NCBI GenBank assembly: GCA_017476705.1
Contig: JAFUZI010000011.1
Location: 1-35,629 of the forward strand
Direction: 5' to 3'
Source: Bacilli bacterium
GTDB taxonomy: Bacteria > Bacillota_I > Bacilli_A > RF39 > UBA660
Length of the DNA: 35,629 nt
Part shown: in pieces, positions 27,278 through 34,834 of the stretch
Position numbering within the stretch: the stretch's first letter is position 1
Layout: the number at the start of each line of letters is the position of its first letter
The notes under the pieces: generated by a model
Databases searched by the model: none
Told to the model about the DNA's origin: nothing
What the model saw: the letters and a program-made list of their open reading frames with translations, nothing else
Made by a program: the position numbers and the translations under genes

Positions 27278-29107
27278 CTATGATAAATTTTGAACAGCAG
27301 TATACATACTAAACATTGGAACAATTATTGCCATAATTAATATACCAACAATAACTGTTAAGAAAACTGTTATAGCAGGTTCTGCAACTGTTTTAATTCT
27401 CTGAACGCTTTCTGAATGTAAATCTTGATAATATGATGAAACCTTAGCCATCATTTCAGGAAGCTCACCTGTTTTTTCACCAGTAACAAGCATTTCATAT
27501 GCAGGAATTGGGAAGGCCCAATTATCTTTAAATGCTTCAGATATTTTATCACCTTTAGCTAGGTTTGATATAGTATCCAAAATAATCATTTTATAAATTT
27601 CGTTATTTGTAATTTTATTTAAAACTTCCATACTATCTGTTATGAATACATTATGTGCAAGTAATGATGAAAATGTTTTAGTAAACATTGCTACTTCATT
27701 ATATATAATTGTATTACCAAATATTGGCAATCTCATTAAAATATATTGAATAATAGTTCTAAATCCTTTAACATTCTTATACATAAATATAAACACAATT
27801 ACAAAAAGTGCAATTGCAACTAAAATATACCATACATATTTTTTCATGAAATCACTTATTGCAAGAACAGCTAATGTAAATGGAGGTATTGTTGCCGAAT
27901 CCATTGAATTATATATATCAACAAATTGTGGTACAACATATAGCATAATGAATATTGCAACTCCAATTGATGCAGTAAGAACAATTGATGGATATAACAT
28001 TGCTGAAACCATTTGCTTTCTAATTTTTTCAACTTGAGTATAATATTCAGCTTGATCATCTAAAACCTCAGGAAGCTCACCTGTCATCTCTGCAGTTTTA
28101 ACCATATTTATTAGTAATTTAGGGAAAGCAACATTTTGTTTAAGCAATGCCTCACTAAAGTTTTCACCCATTGTAAGATCGTATATAATTGATGTTAAAA
28201 TACGTTTATATTTTTTATTTTTATATTGCTTTTCAAGTATTTTTAATGCTTCTACTAGCGGGATACCTGCTTTAATATATGTAGATAATTGTGTTAGTAA
28301 AAAAATTAAATCTTTATTTTTAAATTTTGTATTATTTACATTTGTATTTTTATGTAACAATTGAATCCAAGGATTTGTTTTAATACTATATACTTCAAAT
28401 CCCTCACTTAAAAGGAATGAATGAACTTCGACTTTTGAATATGCTTCAAAATAGTCTTTAACAATTTTTCCTTCCTTATTTTTTGCTACATATTCATATA
28501 TTACTTTCTTTTCACTTTTCTCGGCATCTTTTCCTTCAAAATCAATTAATAATGCCTCGCGTTTCATCATATCTCTATTTCTACTATGTTTAACAAATTC
28601 ATTATTAGTTATTTTTTCCTTTATAGCTTTTGGAATACTAGAAAGCTTTTTAAAGAAGGAATTAACATTATTTGCAAATAAATCTGGACCTTTAACATTT
28701 TCATTAATGTATACGTCATTTTTTTTCTTTTCTTTTTTTGCTTTTGCATCTTTTTCTATCTTTTTAACAGAAGCCTTTTGATTTTTTATCGCACCTATTC
28801 TATCTTTATTTTTTAATTTTTTTATTGCCTTATCTTTAAGTTTTCTTAAATTATTAAATTTTCTTAAATCAATTGAATCAACATCAGTTTTTTTCTTTTT
28901 ATCAATTTTCTTATTTTTTTCTTTTTTATTAATTTTAACTACGCTATTGTTTCTTTTTGCTATTTTTTTTATTGTATTTGGTATTATTAATAAAATTGTT
29001 TTAACACCAAGATAAAAATATCTACAAAAATTAATTATTAGTCTAAATATTGAATAAAAAAATTTATACACGAAAATAAAAGGTAACAAATATATAGGTC
29101 TACGCAT
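27278..29107 (-). CDS. Type IV filament platform protein (GspF/PilC/ComGB family) with a ~200-aa N-terminal extension
   Basis: The C-terminal ~410 aa show the duplicated GspF pattern (LTQLSTYIKAGIPLVEAL..., FTKTFSSLLAHNVFITDSM...). I moved the start to the ATG at 29107, which is preceded by GGAAGGTG. The first 25 codons of the ORF track overlie the promoter. Confidence 0.8.
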   Translation of the reverse strand: MRRPIYLLPFIFVYKFFYSIFRLIINFCRYFYLGVKTILLIIPNTIKKIAKRNNSVVKINKKEKNKKIDKKKKTDVDSIDLRKFNNLRKLKDKAIKKLKNKDRIGAIKNQKASVKKIEKDAKAKKEKKKNDVYINENVKGPDLFANNVNSFFKKLSSIPKAIKEKITNNEFVKHSRNRDMMKREALLIDFEGKDAEKSEKKVIYEYVAKNKEGKIVKDYFEAYSKVEVHSFLLSEGFEVYSIKTNPWIQLLHKNTNVNNTKFKNKDLIFLLTQLSTYIKAGIPLVEALKILEKQYKNKKYKRILTSIIYDLTMGENFSEALLKQNVAFPKLLINMVKTAEMTGELPEVLDDQAEYYTQVEKIRKQMVSAMLYPSIVLTASIGVAIFIMLYVVPQFVDIYNSMDSATIPPFTLAVLAISDFMKKYVWYILVAIALFVIVFIFMYKNVKGFRTIIQYILMRLPIFGNTIIYNEVAMFTKTFSSLLAHNVFITDSMEVLNKITNNEIYKMIILDTISNLAKGDKISEAFKDNWAFPIPAYEMLVTGEKTGELPEMMAKVSSYYQDLHSESVQRIKTVAEPAITVFLTVIVGILIMAIIVPMFSMYTAVQNLS

Positions 29108-29150
29108 ATAAAACACCTTCCAATCTCTTCCTACTCTCCTACTATAATTG

Positions 29151-29178
29151 ATTATACCATAAAACCAAAAATTGTAAA
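29151..29178 (-). promoter_or_regulatory. Extended -10 promoter for the pilC-pilD-lipoprotein operon
   Basis: On the minus strand: TTTACA (29178-29173), 16 nt, TGgTATAAT (29159-29151). Confidence 0.5.
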
Positions 29179-29221
29179 ACATTTTTTTGAAGTTTCATAT
29201 AATAATTTAGGAGGAATATTT

Positions 29222-29554
29222 ATGAACTATTATAATCCATATTTATATAGCATACCAGGTTATAGATTTAATACAATTCCTAATGCAGGCATTGTAAAGA
29301 AAATGTTTGGTGGTATAAATTTTCATTCTATATTAAATGGAACACAACGAACACTTAACATTATCAACCAAACAATTCCACTTATAAAACAAGCTCAACC
29401 AATTATAAAAAATGCTAAAACAATGTTTAAAGTTATGAATGAATTTAAAAAAATTGATAATAATACATCTGTCAATAATAGTAATATCAAAAGCAATATT
29501 GAAAAAATAAAACCTTCACAATCCTATAGTGAAGGCCCAACATTTTTTATATAA
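29222..29554 (+). CDS. Hypothetical protein, possibly VrrA/YqfQ family
   Basis: 110-aa ORF with an AGGAGG SD. The pattern ILNGTQRTLNIINQTIPLIKQAQPIIKNAKTMFKVMNEFKK and the ending GPTFFI resemble the YqfQ I remember, and the location next to trmK-sigA fits Bacillus synteny. Confidence 0.4.
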   Translation: MNYYNPYLYSIPGYRFNTIPNAGIVKKMFGGINFHSILNGTQRTLNIINQTIPLIKQAQPIIKNAKTMFKVMNEFKKIDNNTSVNNSNIKSNIEKIKPSQSYSEGPTFFI

Positions 29555-30195
29555 TTGTTTAATTTATTTAAAATATATTTGATTTTTAATCTTTTAAACA
29601 AGTATTTATTTGGAATACTGTTTAAGATATTTCTATACTTATGAAGTTCATAATTAAAATATGAAAATGTATCAGCATCTATTTTTTTTAATAAGATAGG
29701 CCCAAATATGTATTCTATTTTATTATATTTTCTATAACCTTTTTTAAATTTAATTATTACATACCAAATTTTTTTATCTTGAATAACAACTTCATCAACA
29801 ATATAAAAACCGAGTTTTAAAACTTCTTTTCTAAGTTCCTCATAATCATTATTTGTTTGAATTATTAAATTATCCAAATTAGCAATTTTATTATTATTTA
29901 GAATATGTAAAATCATACTCGTACCCATTCCAGCTATTACACAAGTTGAATGAGGTGGAACATCTATATTATTTAATCCATCACTTTGTTTTACATCTAT
30001 ATTAAGATTATATTTTTTTATATTTTCTATTGCATTATTTAAAGCACTTTCTTTTATATCACAAGCAACACACTTATTATTATTTTTTAGTGTTAAATAA
30101 ATATCTAAAAGTCCATGGTCACATCCAACATCAATTACATAAGCATCACTATCTACAAGTGATGCTAATTTTTTAATTCTTTTAGAAAATGTCAT
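29524..30195 (-). CDS. trmK: tRNA (adenine22-N1)-methyltransferase TrmK
   Basis: The SAM-binding VIDVGCDHGLLDIYL and the position immediately after sigA. Its ATG shares one base with the sigA stop (TAATG). Confidence 0.75.
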   Translation of the reverse strand: MTFSKRIKKLASLVDSDAYVIDVGCDHGLLDIYLTLKNNNKCVACDIKESALNNAIENIKKYNLNIDVKQSDGLNNIDVPPHSTCVIAGMGTSMILHILNNNKIANLDNLIIQTNNDYEELRKEVLKLGFYIVDEVVIQDKKIWYVIIKFKKGYRKYNKIEYIFGPILLKKIDADTFSYFNYELHKYRNILNSIPNKYLFKRLKIKYILNKLNNYIKNVGPSL

Positions 30196-31277
30196 TATTC
30201 ACCCATATAATCTTTAAGTTTACGTGAACGAGATGGATGTCTTAATTTTCTTAAAGCTCTTGCTTCAATTTGACGAATTCTTTCTCTTGTAACACCAAAC
30301 ATTTGACCAACTTCTTCTAATGTTCTTGACTTACCATCTTCAAGCCCAAATCTAAGGCGAATTACTTTCTCTTCTCTTTCAGTTAAAGTAGATAAAACCT
30401 CAGAAATTTCATCTTTTAACATTTCATTTGTTGCGAATTCCTCTGGACTTACGTTACGTTCATCTTTAATGAAATCTCCTAAATGAGAATCATCTTCCTC
30501 ACCTATTGGAGTTTCTAAACTAACTGGTTCCTGACTTATTTTATAAATGTCTCTAATTTTTTCGACTGGAATACCCATTTTTTTTGCAAGTTCATCTTCA
30601 GTAGGTTCACGATTTAATTCAAGCGTTAATTGTCTTTGAATTCTAGCAAGTTTATTAATTGTTTCAACCATATGAACTGGTACTCTAATTGTTCTAGCTT
30701 GATCAGCTATAGCACGTGTAATTGCTTGTCTAATCCACCATGTAGCATATGTAGAAAATTTATAACCTTTAGATACATCAAATTTATCTACAGCTTTCAT
30801 AAGACCAATATTTCCTTCTTGAATTAAATCCAAAAACAACATTCCACGACCAACATATCTTTTTGCAATACTTACAACAAGACGAAGATTTGCCTCAGCT
30901 AAAGTATTCTTAGCCATTTCATCTCCTGCTGCAATTCTATCAGCAAGTTCTAATTCTTCATCCATTGATAATAATTTAATTTGACCTATTTCTTTTAAAT
31001 ACATTCTAACTGGATCATTAATTGTTAAATCCTTAGTTAATGTATTATCATCTAAAAGTTCAACAGTATCCCCATCAACGCTTTCATCATCTTCATCAGA
31101 TACTATCTCAATTTTATTATCTCTTAAAGCATTATATAAATCATCTAACTCATCTGCTCCTATTTCAAGTCCCTTAAGTGCAGCGGCTAATTCTTCATAT
31201 GTAACTTTACCAGCTTTCTTACCATTTTTTATTAATTCTTCTTTTCTTTCTTCAAAAGTCTTAATTTCATTAATCAT
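30195..31277 (-). CDS. sigA: Primary sigma factor SigA/RpoD
   Basis: Motifs [27 protein letters not shown] and [30 protein letters not shown]. It overlaps the dnaG stop by 8 nt. Confidence 0.95.
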   Translation of the reverse strand: MINEIKTFEERKEELIKNGKKAGKVTYEELAAALKGLEIGADELDDLYNALRDNKIEIVSDEDDESVDGDTVELLDDNTLTKDLTINDPVRMYLKEIGQIKLLSMDEELELADRIAAGDEMAKNTLAEANLRLVVSIAKRYVGRGMLFLDLIQEGNIGLMKAVDKFDVSKGYKFSTYATWWIRQAITRAIADQARTIRVPVHMVETINKLARIQRQLTLELNREPTEDELAKKMGIPVEKIRDIYKISQEPVSLETPIGEEDDSHLGDFIKDERNVSPEEFATNEMLKDEISEVLSTLTEREEKVIRLRFGLEDGKSRTLEEVGQMFGVTRERIRQIEARALRKLRHPSRSRKLKDYMGE

Positions 31278-33033
31278 TTTTATTTGCTCCTTCTAGTTCC
31301 TTTTTTCTTATATTAAACATTTGCTCTAATAATTTCTTTTTTTCATCTTTAGTTGATGCTTCTTTCATATTATTTTTTAAATTATTCATTTTTTTCTTTG
31401 TAGTACGTTCCTTAATAACTTTTATATAATCATTTATCTCATAAATACTACATTCATCTTTCAAATCTAAATCAATTAAACTATTTAACATATTTATCAT
31501 ATCAGAATTATCTCTAAAATAAGTTAATAATGATGAAATTTTTAAAGTATCATGTTCATTTAAATAGTCATTAACAGTCATTATAAGATTAATATATTCT
31601 TGATTATTAAATTTTAAATTCTCATCTTTTATCTTTTTAAATATTTCCTTATTGTTAAGGGCATAAAATAATAAATTTCTTTCTGCCATATCATATTTGC
31701 TTAGTTTTTTATTTACCATCTCATATCTTGGAATTTTTGTGGCAACTTCTATATCATCAAGCTTCTGTTTTAAAATTTCAACAGATATCTTTGATATGTC
31801 CGACAATTTTTTTAAAGTTAATTCACGATAAATATCATCATCTATTAATTTTAATTCATCTATCATTTCATTTACATACTTAGATAAATCTTGTGTATTT
31901 GTTAAATCCTTATTTTTTTTATAATAATTAAGTTTATAATCCATTATATTCATCGGATTATTAATCTTCTCAAGCATTCTATCTTTGCCATATTTAAGCA
32001 CATAATCATCTGGATCCAAATTATCTTCAAGTCTTATAATCTTAGGAATAACACCTACTTTTTCAAGTTCCTTAATACAACTATTTGTTGCATCACTTCC
32101 AGCATTATCTCCATCAAAACATAAAACAATTTCTTTTGCCATGCGTTTTAATATACTAGCATGATTTTTAGTGAAAGCTGTTCCTAAGGTTGCGACTACA
32201 TTATCAACGCCAATAGTATGAAGACGAATTGTTGCAAAAAAGCCTTCAACAACAATAACTTGTTCTTTATCTTTAACAGCATTTTTTGCTCTATGATAAT
32301 TATATAATATTTCACCTTTTTTAAATATTTCTGTTTCCTTAGTATTAAAATACTTATTTAACTTTTCGCCATTAAATATTCTACCACTATATCCTACCAA
32401 GTTGCCTTGTAAATTATAAATTGGAAACATTATTCTATTTATATACATATCTTTTAAGCCACGCTCGCTTTTATTAACTAAACCTGTTCTTAACATATCA
32501 GTTTGATTAAAACCTTTTTTCATCAAAAGATTTACAAGTTTATCATCTTCTTTTAAAGAAAGTCCCAAATCAAAATCTTTAATAATGTTTAAATCAAACT
32601 TTCTATTTTTTATAAATTCTAATGCTTTTTCACCATCTTTTGTATTAATATTGTTTTTATAAAATTTTTGAGTAACATCAAAAATATCATATAATACTTG
32701 TAATCTACCATTATCTTTATAATTAGATGTTTTTATATTAAGCGGAATACCTGCTTTTGATGCAAGTATCTTTACTGCATCAATAAAAGATACATTTTCA
32801 TAATTCATCACAAAATTAAATACATTACCAGAAGCACCACAAGAAAAGCATTTATAAATTTGTTTTTCACGCGATACACTCATACTAGGCGAATGATCAG
32901 AATGAAATGGACATACACCAAAAAAATTTTTACCTTTATTTGAAAGTGGCAGATAACCCGAAATAACATCGACTATGTCGACGTTTTCTTGTACTTTAGC
33001 AATAATATCTTGTGTTAAAACGTTATCCTTCAT
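31270..33033 (-). CDS. dnaG: DNA primase
   Basis: CHC2 zinc finger [13 protein letters not shown]...[11 protein letters not shown] and TOPRIM motifs VVEGFFATI and FDGDNAG. Confidence 0.95.
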   Translation of the reverse strand: MKDNVLTQDIIAKVQENVDIVDVISGYLPLSNKGKNFFGVCPFHSDHSPSMSVSREKQIYKCFSCGASGNVFNFVMNYENVSFIDAVKILASKAGIPLNIKTSNYKDNGRLQVLYDIFDVTQKFYKNNINTKDGEKALEFIKNRKFDLNIIKDFDLGLSLKEDDKLVNLLMKKGFNQTDMLRTGLVNKSERGLKDMYINRIMFPIYNLQGNLVGYSGRIFNGEKLNKYFNTKETEIFKKGEILYNYHRAKNAVKDKEQVIVVEGFFATIRLHTIGVDNVVATLGTAFTKNHASILKRMAKEIVLCFDGDNAGSDATNSCIKELEKVGVIPKIIRLEDNLDPDDYVLKYGKDRMLEKINNPMNIMDYKLNYYKKNKDLTNTQDLSKYVNEMIDELKLIDDDIYRELTLKKLSDISKISVEILKQKLDDIEVATKIPRYEMVNKKLSKYDMAERNLLFYALNNKEIFKKIKDENLKFNNQEYINLIMTVNDYLNEHDTLKISSLLTYFRDNSDMINMLNSLIDLDLKDECSIYEINDYIKVIKERTTKKKMNNLKNNMKEASTKDEKKKLLEQMFNIRKKELEGANKND

Positions 33034-33101
33034 AAAAATTCCCTCTACAAATAATATACGACAATTTTTTTAGTTTTCCTTTTTTTATTATATTTTTAAT
33101 T

Positions 33102-33130
33102 AAAAAAAGAGTTAAATTTACTCTTTTTTT
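33102..33130. terminator. Terminator-like hairpin about 70 nt upstream of dnaG
   Basis: Stem aagagt / actctt with a 7-nt loop, flanked by A7 and T7. Confidence 0.5.
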
Positions 33131-33154
33131 AAAAGATATCTTTATCTATATCAA

Positions 33155-33172
33155 CGCTACTAGCGGGTAGCG
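33155..33172. other. GC-rich hairpin in an otherwise AT-only spacer
   Basis: cgctac / gtagcg, a 6-bp stem with a 6-nt loop. Confidence 0.4.
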
Positions 33173-33265
33173 AACACAAATATTTCTAATATTATTATAT
33201 GTTATTATTTAAATATTATTACTATTATTTTAATAAATTTATATCTTTATATATTTTAAAACATA

Positions 33266-33294
33266 TAAAAAAGAACTATCATTTAAATAGTTCT
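33266..33294 (-). terminator. Terminator after the 230-aa orphan gene
   Basis: On the minus strand, stem agaactat / atagttct (8 bp) followed by T6. It overlaps the stop codon. Confidence 0.65.
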
Positions 33295-33985
33295 AATTAT
33301 TATCATCTAGTGATAAAACTCTTACTTTTGATTTTCCCAAATCGCTCATAGCATACTTTATAAAAAGATCATTATCTAAATTGTATAATAAATTTTTTAA
33401 ATCATTTTCACTCATTTTATTTAATATAGTTATCAACTCAACTTTATCTAAAGAATCAAAATAAGAGTATTTCATACTATCAATATACTTGCTTTTCATT
33501 GCTTTAAAAGTTGGCGCTTGTTCTAAATGAAAATAATATCTTTGAAATAACAAATATGAATATTGTTTTTTTACTTCCATATTTTCAAAATTTAAATTTA
33601 AACCAATATCACTGCAATTAATTCCCTTTATACTTTTATCAGTCCAATTAATAGCGAATTTTAAATCTAACTCTTTATCATAAAAATTTATATTCTTAAT
33701 TTCTTTATGATCATCAAGAATAAAATCTATTATATCTCCTATTTCTTCAAAACTAATAATATAAGAGACTGTTGCTTGCTCTGAAACACTTGATTTGAAA
33801 GCGCTATTACCAAACATAAACATTATCTGTGATTCATTATTGTTAATATTAATTATAATATCTAGTTCAGGCGACTTTGCAGTGCCTAAAATTAATAATC
33901 TATCTTCCGTATAAGGACAGTATTTTAAGATTACATCTTTAATATATGATATTAAATCTTCACGACACTTTATAATACTATTCAT
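33293..33985 (-). CDS. Hypothetical cytoplasmic protein (230 aa)
   Basis: The long ORF has a GGAGGT SD placed for the ATG at 33985; the ORF-track ATG at 33997 lies inside the SD. It has its own promoter and terminator. I see no TM segment and no motif I recognise. Confidence 0.5.
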   Translation of the reverse strand: MNSIIKCREDLISYIKDVILKYCPYTEDRLLILGTAKSPELDIIININNNESQIMFMFGNSAFKSSVSEQATVSYIISFEEIGDIIDFILDDHKEIKNINFYDKELDLKFAINWTDKSIKGINCSDIGLNLNFENMEVKKQYSYLLFQRYYFHLEQAPTFKAMKSKYIDSMKYSYFDSLDKVELITILNKMSENDLKNLLYNLDNDLFIKYAMSDLGKSKVRVLSLDDNN

Positions 33986-34015
33986 TATTACCTCCAAAAC
34001 ATATAATTTCTTACT

Positions 34016-34024
34016 ATTATATCA
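34016..34024 (-). promoter_or_regulatory. Extended -10 element (TGaTATAAT) for the 230-aa orphan gene
   Basis: On the minus strand, TGATATAAT lies about 25 nt upstream of the SD. There is no good -35. Confidence 0.35.
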
Positions 34025-34075
34025 CACTAATCAATATTTTTACTATAACGTATATTATTTTTTCATTTTGTCTTT

Positions 34076-34250
34076 CTATGAACTACAAGTCTCAATCTTT
34101 AATTTATTATTTTTTATTTTAAACATGATGCTACCATCTATATCTGTTCTATATATTTTAGAATTATCTAAATTATCTAATACTTCTTTATTTGGATGTC
34201 CATACCTATTATTCTTACCAACTGATACTATATAGTTAATACATATAGAA
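34076..34250 (-). pseudogene. Displaced, diverged copy of the comEC 3' end
   Basis: My translation (I)NYIVSVGKNNRYGHPNKEVLDNLDNSKIYRTDIDGSIMFKIKNNKLKIETCSS* aligns with the live comEC tail SVISVGKNNRYGHPNKEVLENLSNSKIYRTDKQGSIMFKIKNNKIDMETCAP*. An in-frame stop lies just upstream, and there is no start or SD. Confidence 0.75.
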
Positions 34251-34261
34251 AAGAATTACAA

Positions 34262-34834
34262 TTATTTTATATGTAATCCTTTAACTTTTTCTTTTTGTAA
34301 TAATTTTTGATACACATTTATAACAAATTCATCTTGAAATGTTAATCCAGTTTTAATATTTTTTGTATATTTTCCATTGCCCAAAGGTGAAAATCCTATC
34401 ACATGTGATTTATCTTTTCTATCTATCATTTCATCTAATGGTTTTGTGCATTTTATTTTAAAAACACCATTTGTATATTCTATAGTTAAATAACTAACAC
34501 TATTCCTACTCCATTCATCATCTGGATTATAATAACAATCGCTATACCAAACTAATTTATTATTATCTTTATAACTTTTCAACAAAGAATTATCATTAAA
34601 TTTATATTGCTGTGAAATGATTCTTTTTAATAGTTTAAATAATTCTTCATTTTCTGTTATTATTATTTGTTCACTATCTCTAAAAAACCAAATACATTCA
34701 TCAGTAGAATAATCAATATACATCATTTCACCATCATTGTCATCAAAAAATGATATTTTTGTTCCTGAAACCACCTTATACTTATAATCCACCTGTTTCT
34801 TTATAATGAATATTATACCATACTTATGGTGCAC
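34262..34834 (-). CDS. Hypothetical protein (190 aa), GTG start overlapping the comEC stop
   Basis: Long ORF whose sequence looks like a real protein (KISFFDDNDGEMMYIDYSTDECIWFF...). The start is uncertain because GGAGA lies only 3 nt before the GTG. I recognise no motif. Confidence 0.5.
   Translation of the reverse strand: MHHKYGIIFIIKKQVDYKYKVVSGTKISFFDDNDGEMMYIDYSTDECIWFFRDSEQIIITENEELFKLLKRIISQQYKFNDNSLLKSYKDNNKLVWYSDCYYNPDDEWSRNSVSYLTIEYTNGVFKIKCTKPLDEMIDRKDKSHVIGFSPLGNGKYTKNIKTGLTFQDEFVINVYQKLLQKEKVKGLHIK

Noticed and set aside
29108-29182. The first 25 codons of the tracked 634-aa platform ORF.
   Set aside because: They coincide with the TTTACA-16-TGgTATAAT promoter and leader. A strong GGAAGGTG SD precedes the internal ATG at 29107.
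33136-33153. The run GATATC TTTATC TATATC upstream of dnaG as DnaA boxes.
   Set aside because: The best match to TTATCCACA is about 7/9, there is no cluster of boxes, and the location is not next to dnaA or dnaN.
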